Shown: positions 13,871 to 27,900 of the stretch, in pieces
How the letters are laid out: each line of letters begins with the position of its first letter
How positions within the stretch are numbered: the first letter of the stretch is position 1
Assembly (NCBI RefSeq): GCF_009914755.1
Contig: NC_060935.1
Length of the DNA stretch: 64,000 nucleotides
Direction: 5' to 3' (one strand)
Source: the human T2T-CHM13v2.0 reference genome, Homo sapiens
Notes under the pieces: generated by a model
Told to the model about the DNA's origin: nothing
The model's input: only the letters and a program-made list of their open reading frames with translations
Database searches by the model: none
Translations under genes and position numbers: made by a program

Positions 13871-15149
13871 ATGAATAGCAGTAACCATGTCTCCAGGATC
13901 CCCACAATTCCTTGAGGACCCTTGTTGTCAGACTTCTCAGAGCTGTACCAGCCCTCTCACTGTCTCACCATTGGGTCTTCTGAGTAAGAAAGCAAGAAAA
14001 AAAATTTTACTCCTCAAAATTCTGAAAGCAAGTGGTTTATCATGTCTGCCCTGTAATAGTGGTGGGAAGAAAATCATGAGAACCTCTAAGCTGACTCAGG
14101 ATTTTAGAAGCACACATTTGGGGAGAAGGGAAACAAAAATTCTGGAGAAGCAAAAAGTGTCATATGGTATAGAAGTTATTTTAAGCTACTGGGGAAAATT
14201 CATAATTTACTTAGGGATCTTGAGTGTCAAGCATTGGTTTAGAGACAAATCTTATCCATTTCGTTGAAAGTTCCTTGATCTTGTGGCTGAAGCTTGGGCC
14301 TAGGGTTTTATTAGTGTACATTTAGGGGATGGTTTACAGGGTGTCTTTCAAGGTCATACAGGTGCCTCTTTTGGGGTCAGGCAGGAGGAATAGGACAAAC
14401 TCTGGGATACGAATGTACAACCATTTGGCTCCTAGGGCCTCAGTCCTTTAGCTCCTTGCTTCTGGTGACTTCTTGGAGACAAGAGTAGACTTTTTCAGAA
14501 CAGCGAGATAGTTGTGCTGACAAAACAAAAACAAAAACATCATTTAAGATGCCTTCAGATGCAAGTACATGTCATAATAGAAATATTCAAAAATTAGTAG
14601 AGTATAGGCACTAGCTAATTCAAATGCTTGGTTGTAAACAACTATGTCTTGTAAATGAGAATAAAGTTTATTCTCCCAATGACGATGATAACATCTTTCT
14701 CACTCACTTTTACTCAAATTGGCTTTATTGGGCAGGAGAGACAGAGATGGAGTTATAGGTATCATGATTGAACTTAAGCTACAACCCATCTATGCATCAA
14801 ACCATCATGTGTCTCGTGTGATTGTTATCTGTTGTGTATATTTTGGTATATCCCTATCTGTACATACCAGCTGAATATTTCTGTAAGTAACAGAACAATC
14901 AGCTCTCATAAAATATTACCTCCCAGGGCAAGAAGTCTGGGATGATTCCAGGAAGTCAATGATATTATCAAGACTCAGGTTTATTTTTCCAACTTTCAAT
15001 TCTGCCACTCCCAGTGTCTTCCTGCAATTTAGCACCCCTCATGTTCCTAAACTAAATCCCACAGTTCCAGGCATCCTAGGAAAAAAAAAATCAATATTTA
15101 GCAGCAGAAGAAAGAGTGTATATTCACAAACATCTCTTCTAAAATTGGA

Positions 15150-15330
15150 GGAGCGGCTTTTTGGGAAGTCCTTAATTGACCTCTCCTTATTTCTCATTGG
15201 ATGAATGGGGTCACATGCCCACACCTAACCAATCACTGGCAAGAAGAGCTTGGACCACAGTGCTTGACTTAGACCAATCATGATCCACCCACTGGAGCTG
15301 GGATTTGAGGTCTCACCTGTCCTGAAGCAC
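15150..15330. mobile_element. MaLR (MLT1-type) LTR fragment (approximate bounds)
   Basis: ctcattggatgaatggggtcacatgcccacacctaaccaatcactggcaag motif. Confidence 0.55.
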
Positions 15331-16819
15331 AAATTCAGGGTTTCTGAATAAAATTGCACTTCAGGTAGAATAGAATAACTTTTTTTGCATTGGTAACAAT
15401 GTGGGCTACAATGAGTAAGGGAGTCCATTTACCTGCTAGAGTTGTGGTTTGAGACTATTTGGGCTAAGGAAAGAAGGCAAAGCTAAGTTTTTGTGCCTCT
15501 GTGCCACACCCTCAACCTTTTTCTGAAAAGACATGCCTCATGGGTAGAGCTCACATGGGGGACACACTGCAGTTTGAGGTTTAGATGGTCTGTGGCTTAT
15601 ACTCAATGATAATACCTAAAACTTTATCCTTTCCTGTCTTCTACAAAAGAGAATTATATCAGGGAATAATCTTAAATCTGTTATAATTTACAAGAAATAG
15701 CCAGTCTTCTGCACACTTGAGTACTTTATTATTAGAAACTCATTACTTGCAACCCATCTCAGCACTGTTGGAGCTACACCATGCATGAGGACCGCTGCTC
15801 TAGAGTCATCCATTAAAAAAGAATTCCTACGAACCTGAATGAGCATTTCTTTCTCTAAATTATGAGATGATGACCCTCAAGGGAAATGGCCGTCTTCCCT
15901 TTTCTACTGCACTCTTAGAGTGCATTAATGTGTGTGAAGTGTTTTCGGTTCCATTATCTAAAGCAGCCCTCATATTAACATCGTGGTTGGCATTATTGGC
16001 CTCCTGTATGGGATGAAAGTTTAATGACTTCTGCAAGGTTATGAAAGGTCAAGATCACAGCTAATTAGTGCAAATTCAGGATTTGAATTCTAGTTTCTAC
16101 CCCAGAGCTGATGTCCATGTCACCATGGACATCATTTGCTCCCAATATACCTGATTTACTTTCAAGGGGTCTGGAATTGACTATTGGATTTTATATTAAA
16201 AATTGCTCTTTCATAGGCAGGAAAAAGTCCTTCCTAATAGTTTGAGTCCAAAGCTTAAGGGTCTAGCATCTCAACTTTTTAATGAACCCAAAAATGAACA
16301 GGAGGGTTTTCTGAGCCAGTCCCCTGCCTCCACACAGTTAGCTCATGAATCCAACATCATGGGAGGAAGTCTTCAGGATTTTGTTTCCCATTCCTTTTTT
16401 ATCACCTAAATATAGTTAAAGGATTTGTGATGACTGCATCCAGAGATGTTTAAAAATGGACCTGAAGGATGTGATTGTGTCTTAGGCAGGAAGGGTGCCG
16501 GTTCTTTTCAGTATCTAATGATGAACGATCTAAAGGAAATGGATTCTAAACCATTTGATTCTAAACCAAAATGGTGTATGTTTCTTTTGAGGGTGAATTT
16601 CCTGATCATGAGCCTTGTTGAGCATTAGACTGGCCGGCTGGTTCCTAATCCATCCTTCAGTTCTCAGCTGCAGTGACATTTCCTTAGAGAGACAGATCTC
16701 CTTTGGGGACAGCACAGGACTTGAGAAAAAAGGCTTCCCTTTCCACTGAGCTTGGCTCCAACTACACCTCATGTGTCTGTTACATTTATCATGCTGTGTT
16801 GTCAACTTGTTTAATGTCT

Positions 16820-17110
16820 GTCAGTGGCTCATGCCTGTAATTCAGCACTTTGGGAGCCTGAGGCAAAAGACTTACTTTGACAGCAGAGGTTTGCAGAGGT
16901 TGCTGGGCAACATAGTGAGACCCTGTCTCTACAAAAATATATTTTTAATTGGCTGTGCATGGTGGCATGCACCTGTAGTCCCAGCTGCTCAGGAGGCTGA
17001 GGTGGGAGGAGTGCTTGGGCCCAGGAGTTTGAGGTTACACTGAGCTAGGATTGTGCTACTGCACTCCAGCCTGGGTGATGGAGCCAGACCCTGTCTCTAC
17101 TAAAAATTAG
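16820..17110 (+). mobile_element. AluJ-like, diverged
   Basis: ggcaacatagtgagaccctgtctctac and gggaggagtgcttgggcccaggagtttgagg are AluJ-type features. Confidence 0.88.
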
Positions 17111-17352
17111 GAAAAGAAATAGCCTGTCTACTCTATTGGTCCATAACCTCTATCGAGACAGTGACCTTGTCTGCTTTATTCAATGCCTGGATCTTTTCCT
17201 AGCACAGTGCCCAGCACATGGAGACACTGAATTTGGATTCTCCTTTTTGAAGTCCCCATATCCACTTCAGTATTGGGGTGATTTTGATGGGATTGTGACT
17301 TACCATGGTGGATGCATCCTGTGAGTTCCAAACTCAACTTCTTAAAAAACCT

Positions 17353-17373
17353 TGTCTATCATCTATCCATCTA

Positions 17374-17431
<58 letters not shown>

Positions 17432-17622
17432 ATCTGTCTGTATTCTATGTTCCATCTATCATCTATCTGTCATATATCTATCTCTATCTATTAATTATCT
17501 CTATCTTTATCTATTTATATCTATCATCTATCTGCCATATATCTATCTCTATCTCTTAATTGTCTCTATCTTTATCTATTTATATCTATCATCTATCTAT
17601 ATCTATCATCTTTTAACCTATC
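17353..17622. repeat. (TATC)n/(GATA)n microsatellite with a degenerate 65-bp higher-order repeat
   Basis: Pure TCTA run at ~17385-17431; 65-bp units start at 17458, 17523 and 17588 (partial). Confidence 0.95.
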
Positions 17623-18434
17623 TGTTTCTATTGGAATAAGAGACAAGTGCTTGAAAAGCAGAGGAGAGTCAATACACAGGCCACATCTTCTCTCACTCCC
17701 TCCTTCCTCCTCATAGCTGTGAGCCACCCCAGTCCCTGTACCTGCTTCCTTGGCTGGCATCATCTAAGAAATCATCTCTTCCACAGTTTCCTGCAAGGGC
17801 ATCACCCCAAGGGAAGCTGAACACATGCAACATCTGCCCACTCAGGATAAGTGTGAGGGATAAGGAGGAAACATTTTTCCTCTAGAGACAGGACTGTTGG
17901 GGCAAGGGCTGGGGAAGCAAGACATGGATACTCCAGGCTACTTCTTGCTGGGGCTGAGGGGAGTGCTCGGTGTGGCTCCCCTCTGGGACGTGTTTAGGGC
18001 AGCTCTCTCGCCTCTGAAACAAGCCTCATCAGATCATCCCCAGGCTTCCTTCCGCATAGTTTCTGATGATATAGGAAAGGAGCCCGATTATCTGTTTGAG
18101 CTTCCTGTTCTTTGTATTGTTTGGAAGGCTAAAGTCAACAGCCACTTTTGTATTCTGCATTGTTTGCATTGTTAAAAACTCTGGAAAACTCATCTGGTTT
18201 CTTCTCCAAAAGTAGCTTCCCAGAGCCCTGGGAGACACTCAGAAATAAGATCCTTTTCAAATAGGCCAGCAGGGACCAGGGTCTCTCAGAACCAGCTTTC
18301 CTATCTTCTTCCAAAGGCCGGAATTGAGAAGGTTTACTCCAGCCCACATAATTGAGTCTCTGGGCTGTCAAGGACGCATTGGGGAGTTTGCTTCTGGTGT
18401 GCTGGGTGCTTAGAAAGCCGTATGAATTGCAGAG

Positions 18435-18635
18435 ATAGAGTTGGGTTCCAGTTCTGCCAGTCACCAATTATGTGGCCTTAAGCAGTTTACTTAACTTTTC
18501 TGAGCCTCAATTTTCTCTTCTCTAAAATAGAGTTGTAATATACCTATGGCTTAGAGTTGTGTAAGGACTGACGCGATCACAGACTTGAAACCCTTGATAG
18601 AACGACTGGCATGGAGTAAGCATTCAACAGTCATA
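18435..18635 (+). mobile_element. MIR (approximate bounds)
   Basis: gggttccagttctgcc...ctgagcctcaattttctcttctctaaaatagag core. Confidence 0.75.
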
Positions 18636-18750
18636 ATTAAGGTCATTGTGATGATTACACTTGGGGCCTCTCCATTCACCATTTGCCCCAACTGTGTTCC
18701 TGCTGCACTTGAAAATGATTCCAGCTGCCTCTGGAAGATTTTCATCCCAT

Positions 18751-18922
18751 TTCTGGGAAAAACATTAGCCAATAAACTCTCATTGAATTTGGCAGGGCGG
18801 GCACACCAGCAAGCTGACACTATGTGCATACAGGCTTCCTGGAACAACTGTTGCTGAGCAAATGAAGCAGCATGGAATGTTCCGGGAAGCAGGATTATTG
18901 CTGTAGCTGGTGAAAGTGAACT
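18751..18922. promoter_or_regulatory. Candidate intronic enhancer: three GAS (STAT) motifs plus TEAD, MARE-like and IRF-like motifs
   Basis: TTCTGGGAA 18751, TTCCTGGAA 18836, TTCCGGGAA 18880, GGAATG 18874, TGCTGAGCA 18852, GAAAGTGAACT 18912. Motif evidence only. Confidence 0.45.
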
Positions 18923-21900
18923 GGGAAACGCACTCCAGGTCCTGTCTTTACTTGCACAATTACAGTCAATCCCCAAGGCTGCTTGTCTCAGCAGGATCAG
19001 CCTCTTCCTGCCTTCTGTCCTGGCAGTGGGTGGTGGGGCTGGAGGAAGAAATGGTGTTTTCCTCCCTCTCCCATTGCAATTGTTTCCTTACAGTGCTGTT
19101 CTCTGAGGCCAGAGAACAGAAGGGCTCTTTCCAGAGGCAGTTTAACAGAGTAGCTTCCTTTTCATTCTGAGAAGTTTGGAGTTTCCCAGAGTCCACTTCC
19201 TCCCTAGAAGCGCAAGCTTGGAATTTCTTGGTTGCCAATGAGGTGCCAGCTTCTGAGTGCATAAAGTGTGTCCATCGTTTTTAATCAATTCTCTCATCTC
19301 CAAAAATACCTTTAATTGCCTTTAGCTGCTTAGTTCTGCTGTCCTCTAAAGAAAACAAGATCTGGCCACTCCCAGCCACACCTCAGAAGTGAGTAAGGCT
19401 TTTGCACCTTTTAATAGGAGTATTTACATGTGTGTCGGTTTCTCATCTGCTTTTAATTTCATTAGAGTGTGATTTTGGACTGTTGTTTGAGATGAAAGAG
19501 CAGATTATCAAAGTGCAGATGATTTTTTCATGGTGCAAACACATCATAAATTAGAAACTATGAGACCCCTTTGCAGCGGGGAAGACTGGGGCCAGTCATC
19601 CAAGGTTTCATCTTCCTGTAGGAGAAGGGAAAAAAAACGGACATTTATTAACTATCTGTTATGATCCAGACTCTCTACTGGTGCTTTTTGTATATTTATT
19701 CTCTAACTCCCATCAACTTCTCTTTGAGAGAGGCAGCAAATGACAACTGAATAAATGAATGGCTGAATTTCATCAGAGCCAGTTTACAGGCAGAGAAACT
19801 GAGGCTCATAAAGCGGACGTAACCTGCCTGAGATGTCTCAGCTTTTATATGGTGGGGCTGGAATTCAATTCAGAGCTCCTTCTCCCTTTTAACACTACAC
19901 TGCAAGTTCCCATTCAGCTTCATGGGATTAATCCTGTTCTTCTGTCCCTAGAATGGAGCCTTGAAAGTTCAAGGTGTCTCCTTTTCCTAAGAAACTGGAT
20001 TTTTCTGGCTCCTTGAGAATTGAGGAGCTCAAAACAATTGAGAACTCTTGGGAGGCATCTTCAGGAAAGGAGGTGGTGGAAACTTTCCTCTCCTCACTCT
20101 CCCCAGGGGCAATGGGGCCTCCAAGGCCACCAAAGATCAAGGTGCCAGGTGGGGGATGCCTCCCAGCTTCCCATTCATTTTTCAGTTGGGGGCCAGTCAG
20201 CAGCTCCTCAGGTGAGGATTGTCTCAGAACTGAAGAATGGTTCAAATTGGCCCAAGATGCTGAAATTTATTGCAGGGATCACTGGGACAGTGTGTAGCAA
20301 TTTAGGAGGCTTCTCTCTAAGGGAATCAGTAGCTGCTGCATTTCTCTTAATTGAAACCACTCTTTCCCTCCAGCTTCGATGGGGCAGGTTCTCATATCTG
20401 CGTGCTGAAAGGCGTTTATTTGGTGTATTCTGAGAGCAGGATGCTGGTAACACTTTCTTTTGTGTTTTGCCAATTGTTTCTTTTTACTGGCTAGTCCACC
20501 CTGTCTGACGCATTCATTATACCATAACCACCTTGACACCAGAGTGAAATGCCATTTCTCTGCAGGTAGGAGAGAGTCACACGGATTCCTTGAGTGTTTG
20601 TAGCGTAAGTGAGAAAGATATGTAGCCTTCTTCTAGAGGCAGAGGGATGGGTTGGCTGGGACTTAGAGATATTCAAATCCAACTCTGTTCTTGTCTGATA
20701 AAGTAAACGAGGCCTCTGAAGGTAAAGTGACTTCTGTAAGTACTCACAGCTTATCAGTAAGAAGCCTGATATTAAAACTCCAGGTCACTAGACCTTCAAC
20801 CTAATGTTCTTCCCACTAAACCAAGTTAACATTTATTGTACACCATACTAAATGGCAGACACTGGGGACACAAAGATGAATAAGGCATGGTCCCAGTGGA
20901 ACCCACTTTGGTTATATGGGTTAGGACACTTGAGGCAGGATCCTCCTTAGAATGGTGTTTTATAAAGTCTCTCTTTCTCTTTCTCTCTCTCTCATCTCTC
21001 TCCAATCTATCCTCTCTATCAAGAGAGAACACATGTAATGTAGAGTGAGAGCCCATGTATTGGATAATTAGGCTTCTGGCTCCTAATTATCAGGAAGCCT
21101 GGAGGTCTTGAGTGGTTGTAACCAAGGATACTGAAAGTGGTTGACCAGTTAATAAAGAATTAAGTTAGAGTAAGAGACACTTTACTTTTAAGCTGCCTTT
21201 AATACACTTTAATCTTTGAGATGATTGGCTAATATCTGTTAAGTACCAGGCTCTTTGCAGAGAGTCAGGTCCTTTGCTAAATGATTTAGGTATATTTCTT
21301 CATCTAATACTCAAAAAGCACCCCATAAGGAAGGCATTACTTTTATTTTACTGATGAAGAGACTGAGGCTTAAAGGTTAAGAAAACATAGCATGCATAAC
21401 ATCCCACAAGAGCTCAAGCCAGGACTTGGACCCAAGTCTTTCTTGGATCTTTCCGATCCAAGCCATATGGTTACTGCAATCTCACAATACAATGAGGGTA
21501 AATCCTTGCAATCACCAGTTACCAGCAATTGTGAAACAATGGATGGCATAGATGTCAGGGGGTCAGGAGAGCCTTGCAAGCGTTCAGAGGGCTTGGGAGT
21601 GGACACATCACAGTTGCACTCTGCTGGGCAGCGCTGTAAGTCTCTGATTGGATTTTGCCTTGAATTTTTTCTGGTCAAGACTCAGAAAGGATGGATGTAG
21701 CTTCACTTACACCAATTCTACCCAGCTTGTGACCCAAATGGAACTCTTATCCCTTAAGCCAGGTCATTCAGTTGTTGTAGCCTTTGCCTTCCAAGTTTCC
21801 CTTGTCTACCCTACTGAGTCTGAATTCTAAGGACATCTTCTTATGGACTGTGGGAGGCAAAGATGAATTCCAAATCTTATTTAATCTGTGTGCTGGGGGG

Positions 21901-24900
21901 GAAGAGGAGTGTATTTCCTTTTGCCAGGTATCTGAGCCTACAAAAAGCCCCATAAATAAGTAAAATGTGTCCATGAGTTCATAAAAGAGTGAGCCTTAGA
22001 CATACAGACCACCTGTCAAAAGAGCCCTGTCATTCTCTATTATATTATCCTCTTTTATTTTCTGTGTAACACTATGAGTATCTGAAATTACCGGATTCAT
22101 GTATTAATCATTTACCTGTATACTATATCCTCACTCTAGAGGTAAGCTCTTTGAGGGCACAGATCGTGTCTGACTCCCCAGCCCCCAAGATTGTATCTGG
22201 CTTGTATCAACCATATCATAGGGAAGGTGCTGTGAATTGACACCTTGCACCATGCTTTATGGAAACTAATGGTGCTTTAAGAGGCACAGATTTCATAGAA
22301 AGAGACCCAGTTGTTCCCACCCTGATGGTTCTAGGTCTAGGTCTAGGTCACCAACGTCTATGGTGAAAGAATGGGCTTTTGCGAGGTATGGTCTCCTGTC
22401 ATGTATGAGGGTCATTTATTTAAGGGAAAACCAAGACCTTATTTTCTTTGACAACTGCACACAAGGGTCATTTGTAATGTCCTTCATTTCCAAGCCTCTG
22501 GATCTTTGCATGGATCATGCTCCTTAAAAGAAGGAAGTTATGTTTGGCCTGCTTCAGCTAAGCATGGAATGGTAAAGATTTTGGTCCAAACCCTGTGACT
22601 TGAGTTGGATTTAAAAGCTTGTCAGAAATGAGTTCTCTGGAGCTTGGCATTTGAGACTGGCATCCGTTGTTCCAGATGAGATTTCACGGATTGAAAGCTC
22701 AGGAAGAGGTGTGAATTACAAGCAATTAGTTCACAGGGCAGTTGGAACTGTAGTAATCCTGGAAACCTTTTGGCCCACATTTTAAAAATATCCCCACAAT
22801 CCAGCTTCTCCCTCTGTAGGGCTTCTGCTTGGGAAAGTTTGTGTAACTCCCCAAAACATCTGAAGAGTGAATAGCAGTAGGGTTCTTGGACTGCGAAGGA
22901 GACCCTGCTTCTTATGTGCATGCTCTTGTGCACACAGACAGAAACACACACATACATGCACACACACACAGACATGTACACCCATGTTCGCTTTAGCATC
23001 TGATAGAAAAAGAGGAACATGAGGAAAGACAGAGATTGAGTCATCAACATGTGACCTGGTGATTTCTGTGTCCTCTGACTTTGAAATCAGTGGAAATTTA
23101 GAGCTCTACTTTGTCACTTGTAATGCTTTGTTGTTGCAAATAAATATTTTTGCAGCTGCATCACTTCATTGCTAATATATTTGAAGAAGGCAAGATAACC
23201 TAAAGGCATGAATCTTGTTCTGTTTTAATCCACCTGTAAGTCAGTGTTGGTTGTAAGGTAAATTGTAAGTAAGAGCTATTGGCCACCAAGTGCCAAGGGT
23301 TATGAATGATTTACCTTTTTTTTTTTTCTAAACTGAAGCAAACTCATGGTTGTTCCTAGAAAAACATGCACACTCACTTGCTTGCATTCGGATAAGCTTC
23401 TTTGAGTAACAGGGAAGAGGCCACTAGGATTACAAGGCAGTTAGTGCCCATTGGAGTGTGACTGGCATTGTGCACCCTGTGAATCATAGTGGTGGTATGG
23501 GGAAAGGGGTAAAAAAGCATCAATCTATGGAGTATGCGAACCAGATGGCATCTGTCCTGGGAAGAACAAATGTCCTTCATAGGAGAATTAGAGGACTATA
23601 CTAGTCAGGCAGAAATCCAGTCCATTCATCAAGCTTTTCCTCTTGCTGTGGTCCCTACAGGGTCAGCCCTGTTTAGGCTCAAGCCTCTTAAATCCCAGTG
23701 CAAGACCAATTTCTCTATGAAATTCTCCCTGTCTTCTTTGGTCTCATGGCTACTTCCTGGGAGGAAAAAGTAGTAATCAGCTCCCTCCCCCCAGCTAAAT
23801 GTGCATGGTGTTAGCAAATTCTAACCCAAGATGTTAAAACTATCTGAGAAGAGGCATGATTCTGCTTCTTGTCTGTACCCTCCTAAAGTCAAGGTGCAGC
23901 AAGGAGAGAGACATTTGCATGTGGCCCCTGAGAAAGAAGAGATTTGTCTGCCTCACCCCCTGCTGGTGCAAACTTGCACCTCTCTCAGCCTCAGTTTTCT
24001 TATGTGTATCAAGTTTCAATGATCGCAATAGTACTTATCTCATGTGACTACTGTGGGATTGAAACGAGATAGTTCATGTGAAGTACCGAGCACAGAGCCT
24101 GGCACACAGTAGGTACTCTATTAGTGTTAATATCACTGGAAAACCCAGCTGGGGGCTCAGCAGTAGAAGCTGCCAGAGCCTTAGTGTTACAGCCACATCC
24201 ATTACCCCACCATTCACATACATTTCATGCCCCAGGGTGAGAATCCACATATCCCAAGCAGAGAGGCACAGCTTTGGTAAACTGAGTCTTAGCTAACTCA
24301 TGTCAGAAACCAAGTGTTATCCTGGGGTTTGACTCCTGGCTCTTGCCACATTCATAGCAGGATGCTGAGTGGATTGTACTCAGCCTCACTTGTTGCATCT
24401 GTGAAATGGGGGTGATTTTTTGACTTCTCAAGGTATAGCATCTATTAAGGCACATAGACTACAATCTGACACAAATTAGCAGCTCCATACATTGCAGAAT
24501 CTTTTCTTTTTCACTTAAGGAGATGCTAAAAGAGGCAAGAGGAAAGAAAATCAAATTTGGAGATGCCGTGGGCTGTGTGTTGAAGTTGGGCTCTGGTGGA
24601 ATTGGTGGTGACCTTTTGCTTCTCTCCATCTGGATGGCTGTATCTTCAAAGACAACAAGTCTTAACTGCAGTTTTTGATTGTATAAATCTGGCCAAGTCC
24701 ACTATTTACCCAGCCCAGTCTCCTTAGAGTAGGATTGGAAACTCAAACTTTGCTATCTCCTCTGCAGAGTGAGCAAGGGACAATCTTTATGAAAAACTTT
24801 AAGTTGCAAGATATTTGTGTTCTTAATAATGAAGGGAAGAATACAAAAATGATAATACTAAGCCTGGCTCATGGATAGCATTTTTGCACAATATATTTCA

Positions 24901-27900
24901 TTTGGGCTGCAGCCTTTGAGCTGTACTAATTGCTCTGAGCATCTGTTTGTATGTCCGTTGCATGGGATGATTTACCCTCCTAGGTTTCCAAATGCTTTGG
25001 AGCCCCTGGTTTATTGCAGGACTTACTAAGTGGTGGCCATCGTCACTTTGATTGGCCCCTACCACAGTATTTTCCAGACTTTTCCACCAAGGCTCTTAGG
25101 GCTTTGTGGTGGGTGCCAGAACAATTGATGGGGTAGGGTGGGTGCTGGAAGAGAATGAGCATCTGGTAGATTGAGTCTCTGGGTCTGCCCTTCCACCCTC
25201 ACTCCAGCCCCCATTAGCTCAGCTTGATTTTCAACCACTTGAAATACTGTGGTTGTGCCTAAGACATCATGTCAGGGAGAGAAAGAAACATCTGAAAACC
25301 ATCAATCTTCTCTCTGAATGCTTCCACTGGTCCCATTTGCCTGTTGACAACCCAAGTTGAAAAGGCAGCACCAGAGGGGAATGGGGAAAATTAGCAGAAC
25401 TGGAAAATCTGAGTTGAGATCTGGGTTTACCAAACTCTCCGTAAGACTTTGAGTCTGTGAAACTTATGTCCATTAGTTTCTTCACCTTTTAAATGGGTCT
25501 GTAGTACCTACCCTCTGGGCCTCACAGGCTGCTTTTGGGTGTGAAAGTGCTTTATAATTGGTGAAGGAAACTGCTACGTGGCAAGAATAGCAAAGCCTGA
25601 TGTACTTTAATCCATTCGGTTCTGCTGAGGGTGGAGCCCCAATGTGTCTTAATTCATATGAGGTTTCTGAGAAGCTTTTTGAGATTTTAATACTGTCCCA
25701 GGTATGCACATCAACCTTCTCACTTTTATCCCCCAAGCTCCAAAATTTCATAACTTTTTATTTCATCTTGGGTGGCAGGAAGGCAAGGTGTGCCTGGGGG
25801 AGCTACAGGGAGTTATTCAAGGTCACATAATTAGCTTATAATTAACAGAGTTTAGGCTAGAACTAGTGCATCCCACTCCCAGATGGGGGCCCCCGGCTTA
25901 TCTCAGCATGTCAGCAACCCATGAATCAGCCCTGAAATATAGATATTACCTATGAGTAACAGTTTCTCATCCTACCTCAACTGTTACGAAAGTCTTCCCT
26001 CAAACTAAAGCTAAGCAGTTCCACAAAATGCCAGCTATAGACATTAGCAGAAACTGTATATTGATTAGGTGATGTATCAGTCACTGTAACTACCCAGAAA
26101 AAAAAATACAATGACAAAACCAAGTGGCCCAACCTTATTTTCTACTTGCAAGAGGAAAAACCCTATTTGGGCCCCAAGATGCTTTTTTCATTTCATTTAC
26201 CACATCCTGGGTTTGTGCTAGTCAATCTGCTAAATCAATAAGATCCGAAAAAGCAGAAAACAAAGATCGTGAGGCCAGAGGATTTCCTGATCACCATGGC
26301 AACACACAGGGGTGGGTACTGTGGTTTCTCTGCCTGAAGACGCACTCGTCAAAGACTACTTGGTGTTACAGAATTCTGGTGCAGTGAAGCAACAGTTCTG
26401 GGACATATACTTTCTTTTGCCAGAAAGACTCTGTTGGATCCAGGACCAGGAGTGGGGGGTTAAACAGTTCTCCATACCCTCACCTCCAAGTCCCCATCAT
26501 CCCATTAGGAGACAGGGACAGTACTGTTCTCCAAACTCTCAAAACAACCCAAGAGCTTTCTAGGCTGTGCATTGGGTTGATCATTTGGTGGCCTTGGCTG
26601 AAGGGCCAGGGTAACAGCTAGGAGAACCCTTGGGATTCTTCTCCAATGTGACAGGCCCCTCCATGTTGGTTCAGCGTTGACTGCCATGACAGGCTCCAGG
26701 CTCCACAGAAAAAAGGCAGAGAAATCAGGGGGTCCAGCCAGGCGCCAAGACGTTGGGGTGCCTTGCATTTCTAAGTGCCAAGTGATGAATAGCTCAGTTG
26801 AAAGTAACCCAGGGCACATTCTGGAGGAAATTCTCTGGGTATGATTGTGCATGACTGTTTTCTCTGCTCATTAAACCCTCATCTGCCTCCAGGGCAATTC
26901 CGGGAGAGACTGAGTCACTCAAGACTCATGGTCTGCACTGGGCAGCCAAAGGCGATTCGGCCACCAAGTGTGATTCTGGCCTCATTCAGAAGTGGATGCT
27001 AAACAATACACCCTTTCACCAGCAGCCCATCACATGGGCATCAGGAGATGGGGGCGAGTGATGTGCCAGCCTTCTAGACTGGCAGGCCTGGGGGGCAGCA
27101 GAGGGCACAATAGCTAGAAAGACTCCCAGATGAAAACTTCTGGGCTTTGAAGCCTTCGAACAAATGAAGAAGAAAATGACTTCTTCGTGTCCTATTAAGA
27201 CAGTGAGTTGTGGCTTTTTTGAGAGCAGCTTGCTCAGACCTCTTATGAAAGATAGATCAGTAGCAAGAGCACTGGTGTAGGAGTCAGAAATCTGCAATTA
27301 TGAACCACTGAGTTTTGTGTGTGTGTGTGTGTGTTTTTGTTTTTGTTTTTTGTTTGTTTTGTTTTGTTTTTTAACTTGCTGGAGGACCATACTCGGCTAT
27401 CCTTGATTTTATTTTCTCCTGTGTCACAAGAGAAATTGGTTAGAAGCTTCCCATTGTGCCTCCTGGCTTTAAAAATAGATAATCCAATTAACAATAATGC
27501 TTTAAAACAACAAAACCTTGTCCTTTTCCCTTCCTACTTCTGATCAGAACCAGCTCAGTAAGATTTATTAGTTGTGCAATCTGTTTTGGACATGAGCTCA
27601 GCAAATCAGAGGACAGAAATAGAATCCTGGCTTTTTAATGATAAACACTGTAAAAATAAAAAATTTGGAGAGCTTACCAGTGCTTCTGGCTGCCCAAGTG
27701 GTTTGTGTGTGGTTGACTCCCAGGAGCTCAATCACTTTGGGTGCAGTCCACCCAGAGAGCCATGTTCCAGCTACATCAACCTGGAGCCTTAGCTTGGTCA
27801 GTCTAGATTTTTGGGTTTGGCTGCAGACATCTCGTAATGTCACAAGGACAGCCTGTGTCCTTGGTGACCCAACCCTGGGCCAACCCCAAGTCCTGGAGTC

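Noticed and set aside
17305-17639. Hydrophobic YLSI-repeat ORFs resembling membrane proteins
   Set aside because: Artefact of the (TATC)n microsatellite.
18551-20682. Cluster of overlapping 80-141 aa ORFs on both strands
   Set aside because: No recognisable domain or coherent exon structure, partly MIR-derived; expected by chance in 64 kb with alternative starts allowed.
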